The notes under the pieces were generated by a model, which made no database searches, was not told where the DNA came from, and saw only the letters and a list, made by a program, of their open reading frames with translations. From NCBI GenBank assembly GCA_027310185.1, contig DAIDBH010000006.1:180860-244859 (forward strand): a DNA stretch of 64,000 nucleotides, read 5' to 3'. Positions within the stretch are counted from its first letter, which is position 1; every line of letters starts with the position of its first letter. Shown in pieces: positions 1 to 9,295 of the stretch. The stretch comes from Thermoplasmatales archaeon. GTDB taxonomy: Archaea > Thermoplasmatota > Thermoplasmata > Thermoplasmatales > Thermoplasmataceae. A program made the position numbers and the translations under genes.

Positions 1-377
1 AGCCAAAGTCAGATTATTACAAAAAAAGGATATTGAATGCTGACCAAAACGTGATCACTCTTAAAGAACTGGCAGAGAAAAACGAAATAAGGAAAATATT
101 TGAGCTTGCAATGAGAGATACAGACGATTACCATTACCTGAACAGCCTTGTAGATGTAAAGATAGTTACAGACGAAATGAAGTCCCTGATGGAAAGAGTG
201 CAGGAGATCAGAAGAAAATTCTGGGTCACATACATTGTGACTGGTGGGAACAGTGTTTTCCTTGTTTCAGATAAGAAAAATGTCGAAACTGTAAAGGATA
301 TAGCTCTGGATCATTCAAAAGAGATTTACCTGTTAAAGGTTGCAGGCGGGGCTAGAATTATTGAACCCCGTAATTGA
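1..377 (+). CDS. C-terminal part of mevalonate-3-kinase / diphosphomevalonate decarboxylase-family GHMP enzyme (gene starts before window)
   Basis: Frame is open from the window start; DTDDYH...YIVTGGNSVF...LLKVAGGARII resembles the C-terminus of Thermoplasma mevalonate-3-kinase. Confidence 0.7.
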   Translation, partial: PKSDYYKKRILNADQNVITLKELAEKNEIRKIFELAMRDTDDYHYLNSLVDVKIVTDEMKSLMERVQEIRRKFWVTYIVTGGNSVFLVSDKKNVETVKDIALDHSKEIYLLKVAGGARIIEPRN

Positions 378-432
378 AATATGAGTTCAGCAATAGGAAA
401 GAATAAAAAGCTTAATTGTATTAGGATTCTGA

Positions 433-594
433 ATGGCCGAAAAGAAGGATGGTTTCCAATCAGGGGCAGGTTTAATAAGGTATTTTGATGAAGAAGAAAT
501 CACAGGACCAGCGCTTGACCCTAAACTCGTTATATACATAGGCATAGCAATGGCCGTGGTTGTTGAACTGGCAAAAGTCTTCTGGCCCATTTGA
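433..594 (+). CDS. secG: Preprotein translocase subunit Sec61beta (53 aa; missing from ORF track)
   Basis: Manual translation MAEKKDGFQSGAGLIRYFDEEEITGPALDPKLVIYIGIAMAVVVELAKVFWPI; has the GAGLIRYF(D)EE signature and one C-terminal TM helix. Confidence 0.93.
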   Translation: MAEKKDGFQSGAGLIRYFDEEEITGPALDPKLVIYIGIAMAVVVELAKVFWPI

Positions 595-710
595 TCCAGC
601 GTTGACATTCATATTCTTAAATCACAGTAAAAACCTAAGACTGATTTTGATCAATAATAAAATGAAGGTTTATGCTTCCCTATACTAGTCATTATTTTTA
701 TTTTTAATGA

Positions 711-938
711 TTAGTCATCTTGAATAAAACAATAAAATCTCCTTCTGGTATCGCTGAGACAAGTTTTAACACTTATCAACGATTCCTCCCTTAAGTGTTT
801 CAAAGAACCCATTAGAGCCCTCTTTGAAAGCCCGGTTTCCTTCATAAGTGTCTTAACATCTGCTATTTTTATACTCTTCAAGGTTATTAATATGAGTCTT
901 GATGAGGGTGTGAGTTCCTTAAATTTTTCTTCGCTTAA
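711..938 (-). CDS. Small winged-HTH (MarR/ArsR-like) regulator, 75 aa, no canonical start codon (missing from ORF track)
   Basis: Manual translation LSEEKFKELTPSSRLILITLKSIKIADVKTLMKETGLSKRALMGSLKHLREESLISVKTCLSDTRRRFYCFIQDD; HTH (ETGLSKR...L..L) and wing DxRRxxY; GGTG SD-like motif precedes a TTA codon. Confidence 0.75.
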   Translation of the reverse strand, partial: LSEEKFKELTPSSRLILITLKSIKIADVKTLMKETGLSKRALMGSLKHLREESLISVKTCLSDTRRRFYCFIQDD

Positions 939-1197
939 CGTAAAACACCGATTATTTCATAGGTATAAATCTTACTTCATTTCAGAGAAGATAAATAAAA
1001 TACAATAGGCGATATCGTGGATTTAAAATTGAAGACTTTGAACGGTAAGAAATATGAAATTATATCTGCTGAACTGAATGGCTAAAGATAATCAAAACAC
1101 GATGTTTATTCCCAAGATCGGGACAAAAAAAGTTAAAATTTTATTCACGATGAAAATGCAAATGTTTTTTAAACCAGATGAATTATGATTATTCTAT

Positions 1198-4092
1198 ATG
1201 AAACCAGTGATAAAGGAAGATAAAGCAGTGAGCGAAATAATTGGTGCTATTCTCCTCTTTGCCATAGCCTCAGTGCTGTTGACAAGTTTTATTTTATGGT
1301 ATGTGCCTAGCACTGGTACAAATAATGATCTATCGTATCAAAGTTCAACACAGAATGCATTTTCATCTCTGGACTCAAAGATGATCAATCCATCGGTGAC
1401 TCCGGGAAGCGGTATTTCGCAAAGTTTCTCTCTTGGAATAAGTGGAACACCCCCATTTACACCATCACAGAGTACAAATCTTTACTATTCAAACAACTTC
1501 AATGCTAACCTCTCCTATGGAATGAATGTAAATTATACAAATATAGTCACAAAGAAAACTGTATCAGTGGCGGCATGCGCTAACGCAAGTACTAGTAACA
1601 TATTAGATAACAATTACGTTTCATCTCAATTTAGATATGCAGTGAACTTCCAGGAGACGGGTTTGCCAGCAGGATATTACTGGACCGTAACACTTGGAGG
1701 TGTCCAACAGTCAGGAAGCCCAGTTGGATCGCATTATGCAGATACAATTTCTTTCAGTCTTTCAAGAGGGACATATAGTTATTTAATATCTTCAGACAAC
1801 GTAACAGATAGAGCAAGTCCAGAGGGTGGTACAGTAAAGGTAACTAATCAGGAAGTAACCGTCCCTGTTGAGTTTACAAATTCTTTAAACAGTTCTACAG
1901 CATTGAGCATAGTTGCTGCGGCATATGGACCTTCAAAAGAAACTAATGCTATTAACACTGCTAATTTCATAGGAGTGGTTGAGCAGGCGGATACATGTGA
2001 CATCACATATCCAAATTACTGGTTAAATAATACCGCAAATCACTTTGACGGATTGAGTGAGAATTATTATCCTCTTGCCTCTCAACAGTTTTTTATCTAT
2101 CAGAAAGACACTCCTGTTAGTTACGTTGAATTTTACCTAGAACCCAATATAGTTTATTATGAGCAAAAATATCAAGGAGAAGCGAATCTATTCATTACTA
2201 TAAGCCAATCACCATTCGGAAGTAGTGTTAAGTACAGTACTACATCAGTAAATGTGTCCCATACTCCAAACTGTGATGCCTACACTTCAACAAATATTCC
2301 GGAAAATGTATCTTTTCGTGATGGTACTCCGATACTTAATCCGACAGGGAAAACTAATACATATTATTTGAACTTCTATGAGGCAGTAAATGAGAGCCAA
2401 GCAAATTATAGTAGCTCAGGAGATGGATATTTACAATTTGAAAACACAAAAACTGGTTACGGGTATGGACCTAATGAGTTCATTGCAACCACTTCAGATC
2501 CGAGTATATCTGTAAACAACGGAATTTCTTATTATTATGAAGCAACAGTCGATGCAACGTGTACAGGTATTCATGGACATGGCCCTAATAATAATAGATA
2601 TGGGGATACTGAATTCCACCTTTCATCGGAATTGTTAGTTCAGAGCTATGGCAGTTATTATTTCCTGTTGGGTTATAATGTAATAACAGAAAAAGCTGAT
2701 GGTATACTTCATATACACCAATCAGGAATTAATACAACATATCTGAAAAACACTAAAAAATTCTGGACATTTTATCTCGGAACAAAAGAATATTCTAGTA
2801 ACACAGGGTGTATCACTATAACAGGATTATCTTATAAAGAATATAATTATACTGTTCCTGATTTTGAAAAAAATATTTCCAACCCAGAGAATGGGTTTAT
2901 ATCAATAATTAGCACACGGAATGTAACTTATCTTAACGTAAGCTATTTTGCTCCAATAGGTTCTTTACCAAATTTTTGGGCCATATCAGACTGTGCTAAA
3001 CAACAATTTGTTTTGGATAAGGGTGCAAAAGTGAATTATGTAACGCTATATCTTTATAATTTTACTATACCTCCGGGTTATAAGTCAGGAAGTACTCCAA
3101 CAAATTATATAAATATAGAGTTATATAGTAAGACAGGGGACCCAATAGTAAGTATAGATAAGAAAGTTGTTCAAACTGGATGGTCACAAATATTTCTGAC
3201 TAGTTCAATAGGTGGCCATCAACCCATTGATTTAGGGAAAGGAGTATATAATATAACAGTGAGAGATGTAAACTCCACTGGTCAGATTTCATTCTCTGGA
3301 GAGATTGGCTGGGGATTTTCAATGATGGGGGGTTATAGCAATTATTTACAGAGAGTAGAGTCGGATAGTATGACATCCGCTTTGAACGACTCTAGGGGTT
3401 CGGTACTCACTTCATATGACGCTAATTCACCAAACACATGTGATGTTACAAATCAATCATTCATATTTGGAATTGGCTATTACAATGTAACAGTATCAAG
3501 AGAAATAGTTCCATACAAAGTTACTGGAGATTTCCATATTCACGGTTCCATAAATTCCGAGGGAGTTACGCAGTTTACTATATCTGAAACACAGGTTTTA
3601 CAGGATGGGATTGTATTGACGGCAGGTAAGGGTGTTACATATGTTACCGTTAATCCTCTTCCTATAAGGATAGTTTCTTCATCTAAAGGGATATCGCTAA
3701 GTTCAATCGCATATAACATGTCCATGGCAAAAGGGGTCTCAACTTCTGTAAGTGGTGTTGGGAGTACGATTGTTTCAATGATCATGTCCAGGTCTACACT
3801 TGTAAATTACACCATGGGAAACAGTTATACCTTCAACAACAAGTTGGGAAAGGTTAACAGCATTTGTTTATACAATTACAGCTATATAATTCACTCGTCA
3901 TATGCTTCCTACTGGGCCAATACCATGTTCACAGAATTACTAGGTTCAGGTTCTTACAGTAATTTCAACCTGTTTCATCGTTTTGATTTTCAACTTTCCA
4001 AGGATACAGAAAAAGTTTCCATGTCAGGTAAATATGTATCGCTATATTCAACAAACATAAAGAGCGTAGATTTTAATGTGGATTCTATCTAG
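1198..4092 (+). CDS. Giant type IV pilin-like surface protein (class III signal peptide), paralog 1
   Basis: EDKA|VSEIIGAILLFAI prepilin motif with hydrophobic helix; FQETGLPAGYYWTVTL thermopsin-type repeat; S/T/N/Y-rich with many N-x-S/T sequons. Confidence 0.85.
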   Translation: MKPVIKEDKAVSEIIGAILLFAIASVLLTSFILWYVPSTGTNNDLSYQSSTQNAFSSLDSKMINPSVTPGSGISQSFSLGISGTPPFTPSQSTNLYYSNNFNANLSYGMNVNYTNIVTKKTVSVAACANASTSNILDNNYVSSQFRYAVNFQETGLPAGYYWTVTLGGVQQSGSPVGSHYADTISFSLSRGTYSYLISSDNVTDRASPEGGTVKVTNQEVTVPVEFTNSLNSSTALSIVAAAYGPSKETNAINTANFIGVVEQADTCDITYPNYWLNNTANHFDGLSENYYPLASQQFFIYQKDTPVSYVEFYLEPNIVYYEQKYQGEANLFITISQSPFGSSVKYSTTSVNVSHTPNCDAYTSTNIPENVSFRDGTPILNPTGKTNTYYLNFYEAVNESQANYSSSGDGYLQFENTKTGYGYGPNEFIATTSDPSISVNNGISYYYEATVDATCTGIHGHGPNNNRYGDTEFHLSSELLVQSYGSYYFLLGYNVITEKADGILHIHQSGINTTYLKNTKKFWTFYLGTKEYSSNTGCITITGLSYKEYNYTVPDFEKNISNPENGFISIISTRNVTYLNVSYFAPIGSLPNFWAISDCAKQQFVLDKGAKVNYVTLYLYNFTIPPGYKSGSTPTNYINIELYSKTGDPIVSIDKKVVQTGWSQIFLTSSIGGHQPIDLGKGVYNITVRDVNSTGQISFSGEIGWGFSMMGGYSNYLQRVESDSMTSALNDSRGSVLTSYDANSPNTCDVTNQSFIFGIGYYNVTVSREIVPYKVTGDFHIHGSINSEGVTQFTISETQVLQDGIVLTAGKGVTYVTVNPLPIRIVSSSKGISLSSIAYNMSMAKGVSTSVSGVGSTIVSMIMSRSTLVNYTMGNSYTFNNKLGKVNSICLYNYSYIIHSSYASYWANTMFTELLGSGSYSNFNLFHRFDFQLSKDTEKVSMSGKYVSLYSTNIKSVDFNVDSI

Positions 4093-4149
4093 ACCTACAG
4101 TTGCGTCGCAGAAAAAACATATAATTAATTTTTAATTTTAACCTTTTAT

Positions 4150-4947
4150 TTATAGATGCAATATTACACCATAATTTTGATACATGATGTAGAAAGCCAC
4201 AATAATTACAATTATTGCGAACATTTGCGTGAGTCTCCTCTTTGGAACTCTTCCGGCAAGTCTTGCACCAAACCATCCCCCAAATATGCCTCCGACAATA
4301 AACAATGCTGATATAACTATATCAAGATCACCACTTATTGCGTACCTGGCTGCTGTAATCACTCCAAATGTACCCACAGCCATTAGGGATGTTCCCACTG
4401 CCTGTAGAATGTTTAGGCCTCCTCCAAACAGTAATCCTGGAACTATAAGGAAACCGCCACCTATGCCAAAGTAACCTGATGCAAATCCTACAATGAGCCC
4501 TGTGAGGATGAGTATTTCCAACGACTTTGTAGAACTGGATATCTTCCGCTGAACTTCTGATAGATCAATACATTTTCTCTTCAACATGTAAATTGCAATT
4601 CCTATCATGAGAAAACTGAAAAAGAATAACAGATCGTTTCCAGGAGTTAAGAGTCCTAATTCAGATCCGATCAATACGCCAACTATACCGGGAATTGTGA
4701 ATTCAAGACCTATCTTGTAATTAACATGCTTCTTTAGAGTATGCGGTATCAGGTTTAAATATGCATTCACGCCAACTGCCAGCGCTGTTGTACCTATCAC
4801 TATGTGCGGATGATCAAAGCCGACAAAATATATCAATAGAGGTATGGCAAGAATTGAACCACCGCCACCGATAAGGCCAAGAGAAAATCCTACAAGAACA
4901 CCAGAGATTATTGAAAGTATTATCTGAACCTCACTTATTGTAAACAT
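4150..4947 (-). CDS. Sulfite exporter TauE/SafE family membrane protein
   Basis: Duplicated GxxGGGG motifs (LGLIGGGGSIL; GYFGIGGGFLIVP); about 8 TM helices. Confidence 0.9.
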   Translation of the reverse strand: MFTISEVQIILSIISGVLVGFSLGLIGGGGSILAIPLLIYFVGFDHPHIVIGTTALAVGVNAYLNLIPHTLKKHVNYKIGLEFTIPGIVGVLIGSELGLLTPGNDLLFFFSFLMIGIAIYMLKRKCIDLSEVQRKISSSTKSLEILILTGLIVGFASGYFGIGGGFLIVPGLLFGGGLNILQAVGTSLMAVGTFGVITAARYAISGDLDIVISALFIVGGIFGGWFGARLAGRVPKRRLTQMFAIIVIIVAFYIMYQNYGVILHL

Positions 4948-4954
4948 AGATCAT

Positions 4955-5314
4955 CTAGAATGTTATGACTGAATAGCCTTCCTTTATCCTGCTATCTACT
5001 TCAACTGCACCGTATACCAGTTCAAGGTTTTGAAATATATCTTCCTCCGACAACCCTTCCCCTTCAAGACTCACTTTACAGATCTTAACGGGAATGGATG
5101 CTTTTCTCAGATTTTCTAGCTGTTCCTTAAACTGAGTGGAACTCTTCTGCGTGCTATTGGCAGCCTGTACTCCTCTGCCGAGATAGAGAAATTCAACGGT
5201 TGAACCCGCATTTTTAACAGCGTTAACTGCAAAGTTAAATGCTACCATTTCTGTATTTATATTCTCTTTACCTGTGATCAGCATAACAAGAATTTTAGTC
5301 ATATTCATTATCAT
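4955..5314 (-). CDS. DsrE/DsrF-like protein
   Basis: Size ~119 aa; FLYLGRGV and VKICKVSL motifs; ends in VITF; cotranscribed with tauE. Confidence 0.75.
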   Translation of the reverse strand: MIMNMTKILVMLITGKENINTEMVAFNFAVNAVKNAGSTVEFLYLGRGVQAANSTQKSSTQFKEQLENLRKASIPVKICKVSLEGEGLSEEDIFQNLELVYGAVEVDSRIKEGYSVITF

Positions 5315-5643
5315 CTCTTCTTTTCTATCATATTTCTATCTATAATTTAATTATTGTGAATATTTTAGAATATTTATGATTTATCTAGAACTACACCAGG
5401 TTGTGAAAATTAAATCATCCAGTGAAATGAGAATAGTAAAGAACTATCGTAAAAGTGTAACGAAATAATTAATTCCCGACTTAATATTTGAGGATGTAAA
5501 AACCGGAATATTTTGAGATGTTTTCCAAACAATCCCTAAAATAGAAATTTCACTAATGATGACAAACTGGGTTTTTCTTTCACGCACTGTGCAATTTTTG
5601 TACATTAAAAGTGCTGTTTTATTCATTATGCCATGACCTGTTT

Positions 5644-8532
5644 ATGAAAACTCCTATAACTGAGGATAAGGCAGTTAGTGAGATTATAGGTGCACTTCTC
5701 CTGTTTGCCATTGTAAGTGTTCTTCTGACGAGCTTTATTCTGTGGTATGTGCCAAGCACCAGCACAAATAATGAGGTTAACTTTCAAATGGACACCGAAT
5801 CCTCGCTCATTTCCCTGGAGACAAAGATGTTGAGCCAGAAAATCAACCCTGGAGACTCAATTTCTGAAAATGTACCACTTGGCATAAGTGGCACTCCCCC
5901 TTTCATTCCAGCGGAAAGTACCAACATTTATTACTCGAGTAACTTCAATGCTACTCTTTCATATTCCCTCGAGATGAACTATACAAAACAGATACAGAAA
6001 AAAGTTGACTCTGTTGTTTCCTGTGCAAACACCAGTTCAAAAAACATTATGAATAACATGGAGATTTCAGAAATTGACCACTATGAAGTGAAATTTAAGG
6101 AAAATGGATTGAAGGCTGGCAGATACTGGGACGTACAGTTAAACGGTGTGTCAAAGTCTTCAAGCCCATTGACTTCTTCATCTTCTGGAATCCTGAGTTT
6201 CTGCCTTCCCAGAGGTGAATACACTTTCAGGATAAGTTCTGATAGCAAAAGTTTCAAGCCTGATCCTTCGAGAGGAATTGTCTTTGTAAACACTTCATCA
6301 CTTTCTATTCCCGTGGTATTTACATGTAATCTAAATCAGACAGTTATTTCTGGTAATTTCGGCGAAATATCTGATTTAAGTTCAAACAATTTCAACCACA
6401 TAAGTCCCTATTATGGCAATTGCGCAGAAACGAATAACTCATATGGAAAGAAAATTTGCCTGAATAACTGGCTTGGAAACAGCTCGGATGAGATGAGAAT
6501 AGGAGATATAAATTATTACAGGCTTGCCTCCCAGCAATTTACAGTTGGTTCTTCCTATGAGTCCGTAAATTATGTTGAATTTATGCTGGAACCTAATCTG
6601 GAATATGGAAACCAGTTCATGCAGGGCAAATCGTCACTGTACATCAATATTGGAAAAAGCATGTGGGGATCGGCAGTATCAGGGTCAGGAAAGGTCATTA
6701 ATCTAAAAAGGAATACAAACACTACCTCCTATACGAAAGGTGATATTATGGAAAAGGTGAACCTTGCAAACTGTATACTTTTGGGTACTCAGCATCCCTA
6801 CGTAAGAAATTATTACCTAAATTTCTGGGAATCCGTAAATGAGAGTTCCACATCTTCGGGTAAGCAGAATAACACCTTTGGCATTAAATATGACAATAAC
6901 AGCGTGGGTTTTGGATATGGACCCAATGAATTTCTGGCATCATCAGGTAATCAACCATGTGTAGAGGGAGTTGACACCGCTTATGCATTCGCTGCTCAGA
7001 TCAAATGTAATGTCTCTTCCTATGTAGATGAAGGCTCAATAATGCATGAATTCGACTGCTTCAACATTACAGGAGAGAATATGAAATCACTTTCAGATCC
7101 TTATTTCTTCTTAATAGGCTATAATACAACATGCGGTTCATCCACACTTCATATTACTGAGAATGGACTGCCTGCAGACACGATCTCAAACCTGGGATGG
7201 AAGATGTGTGTTGGCGAAAACAGTTATTCAGTTAACAGCAATTCTTTAACCATACAGGATCTATGCAATTTTCAATATTCAATCTATATTCCTAATCATG
7301 GTGAATATGTTCCTGATATTGTAAATGGAGTCTTATCAATTCACAGTGGCTGTAATTCACTTTCCATTAATTTTACAAACCCACGCAGTGAACTCAAAGA
7401 TGCTTCTGGAATCTCAGATCAGGGAATACAGTGTATTAAATTAACCCATCCTGAACAGTTTAACTGCATCTCCATGTACTTTTTTAATTTCACGCATAAT
7501 GAATTACACAATTCACCTGAAAAAACCGGTTCCTATGTTAAGGTTTCTCTTTACAATACTGATAGTGGACTTCAATTTTTCAAAGTATCCAGGATAATCA
7601 AGGTGGATGGCACTGGATATTACAATATCCACTTCTTTGATAGATCTTACGGAAATGGGGCTTACCGCATTCATACCGGGACATATTATTTATCTGCATC
7701 TGAAGTTGATCGTAATGGAACTCCTTCAGCGTCCGATAATTCCGGCTGGGGCTTCACTACATCAGGAGGTTATGATAGTTATATTCGAGAAGTTTCGCAG
7801 GACCTGGTTTTGAAAAGTGCCAATAACAGTTGTGATTCCATAATCACGCCTTACTATGCAATACAACCCTGCCTCTCGAAGACTACGAATCAGTCATTTA
7901 TATATTCAATAAGGTACGTGAATGATGAAATATTTTCACACAAATGCCAGAGGATCATAACCAGGGATATAAGTGAGGGAGGAGCAATTATTTCATCTGG
8001 TTCAACAGAGTTTACGCATTCTAGCGATTTCGTACTAGGAGATGGCATGTTCTTCTCTACAGGTTCACAGGGTAGGGAATTGAGTGTCGGTGAATTACCA
8101 TTAAATCTTTTTATAAATTCAAATGGAACATCCATGAAGAGTGCAATATATGGCATGAAAATAACTGGCGGGATTCCAACGTCCGAAAGTAACACAGGCA
8201 GTTCCTACCTGTCCATGAGGGAAAGTTACCGGGATGTTCACAACCTTGAGCTAATGCATTCTTATGCATGTGATAATAACACAATGATCATAACCGGCCT
8301 TAACCTCATGGATTATAATTACACCATAGAATCTCACTTTGCAAATATTCTGGGAAAGAGTTTTTACAGTATGCTTGAAGGTATTAAGGGAACGCCTGAA
8401 AGATTCACTGTGAATGCAGGGCTTTCTTTCACAGCCCATAAGGATCTGGAGACAATAAAGAATTTTAAGGGTGACCTGAAATTGAACTCATTTTCCTGTA
8501 CAGAACTGGGATTCAGAATCGATTCTATTTGA
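5644..8532 (+). CDS. Giant type IV pilin-like surface protein (class III signal peptide), paralog 2
   Basis: ATG at 5644 gives MKTPITEDKA|VSEIIGALLLFAI; colinear similarity to 1198..4092; both end F.(V/I)DSI. Confidence 0.85.
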   Translation: MKTPITEDKAVSEIIGALLLFAIVSVLLTSFILWYVPSTSTNNEVNFQMDTESSLISLETKMLSQKINPGDSISENVPLGISGTPPFIPAESTNIYYSSNFNATLSYSLEMNYTKQIQKKVDSVVSCANTSSKNIMNNMEISEIDHYEVKFKENGLKAGRYWDVQLNGVSKSSSPLTSSSSGILSFCLPRGEYTFRISSDSKSFKPDPSRGIVFVNTSSLSIPVVFTCNLNQTVISGNFGEISDLSSNNFNHISPYYGNCAETNNSYGKKICLNNWLGNSSDEMRIGDINYYRLASQQFTVGSSYESVNYVEFMLEPNLEYGNQFMQGKSSLYINIGKSMWGSAVSGSGKVINLKRNTNTTSYTKGDIMEKVNLANCILLGTQHPYVRNYYLNFWESVNESSTSSGKQNNTFGIKYDNNSVGFGYGPNEFLASSGNQPCVEGVDTAYAFAAQIKCNVSSYVDEGSIMHEFDCFNITGENMKSLSDPYFFLIGYNTTCGSSTLHITENGLPADTISNLGWKMCVGENSYSVNSNSLTIQDLCNFQYSIYIPNHGEYVPDIVNGVLSIHSGCNSLSINFTNPRSELKDASGISDQGIQCIKLTHPEQFNCISMYFFNFTHNELHNSPEKTGSYVKVSLYNTDSGLQFFKVSRIIKVDGTGYYNIHFFDRSYGNGAYRIHTGTYYLSASEVDRNGTPSASDNSGWGFTTSGGYDSYIREVSQDLVLKSANNSCDSIITPYYAIQPCLSKTTNQSFIYSIRYVNDEIFSHKCQRIITRDISEGGAIISSGSTEFTHSSDFVLGDGMFFSTGSQGRELSVGELPLNLFINSNGTSMKSAIYGMKITGGIPTSESNTGSSYLSMRESYRDVHNLELMHSYACDNNTMIITGLNLMDYNYTIESHFANILGKSFYSMLEGIKGTPERFTVNAGLSFTAHKDLETIKNFKGDLKLNSFSCTELGFRIDSI

Positions 8533-8617
8533 GGCGCCAAATAATGTCTATAAAATTTATTTTTTATAAAAAATGAGATAAACTTCACTGAAATTATTCT
8601 TTAAAAACATAGGGATA

Positions 8618-9166
8618 TTAATCAAATTCATTGTTGAACTTGTCATCAAAGCTCTTCATTGAACTTTCAATCTGCTTCTTTGCTTCCGCCGCATCCCCAT
8701 AGTCAGATACACTGGTCTTTTTTCCTTCAAGGATCTTGTAGGTTTCAAAGAAATTCTTTATCTCCTTAAGCAGATGTGGATTTACATCCTTGATATCCTT
8801 CATATTAGTAAAAGATGGATCTTTTGAGGCTACGCCAATAATCTTGTCATCCCTGTCTCCTCCATCAATCATGTGCATAACGCCCACGGGCCTTACCTTC
8901 ACAATTGTACCTGGATATAATGGAAAACTTGTGAGTACGATAACATCTATGGGGTCACCATCATCATAGTATGTTCGCGGAACGAAGCCATAATCTGCAG
9001 GATACATAACTGATGAATGAAGAACCCTGTCTAACATTATTCCAGGACCTTCTTTGTTGACCTCATATTTGTTTCTGCTTCCCTTGGGAGTTTCTATTAC
9101 AGCATAAAATTCTTCCGGGGCATCATCACCAGGAGATGTTGTAATCCATAAACTGTTATTTGCCAT
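8618..9166 (-). CDS. ppa: Inorganic pyrophosphatase (family I)
   Basis: IETPKGSRNKYE, YPADYGFVPRT, DGDPIDV motifs; start reassigned to MANNSLW. Confidence 0.96.
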   Translation of the reverse strand: MANNSLWITTSPGDDAPEEFYAVIETPKGSRNKYEVNKEGPGIMLDRVLHSSVMYPADYGFVPRTYYDDGDPIDVIVLTSFPLYPGTIVKVRPVGVMHMIDGGDRDDKIIGVASKDPSFTNMKDIKDVNPHLLKEIKNFFETYKILEGKKTSVSDYGDAAEAKKQIESSMKSFDDKFNNEFD

Positions 9167-9295
9167 AGTCAATGATTGCACCATTATTATTAATTCTATC
9201 ATTCACAATTCAATTAGGATATTCAAACCGGTTTTGACTGGAATATGGCGAAATCTCTATGAACGCTTATATACGCGGATTACCTTTTCTTCACT

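Noticed and set aside
387-608. 73 aa minus-strand ORF in the track
   Set aside because: Shadow of the real plus-strand Sec61beta gene (433..594)
1017-1085. 22-codon ORF MDLKLKTLNGKKYEIISAELNG resembling a ubiquitin N-terminus, with SD-like AGGCGA
   Set aside because: Too short for a beta-grasp fold, no di-Gly end; probably chance
1198-8532. Diversity-generating retroelement or invertible cassette acting on the pilin paralogs
   Set aside because: No reverse transcriptase, recombinase, near-identical repeat or adenine-specific mismatch pattern seen; the paralogs look anciently diverged
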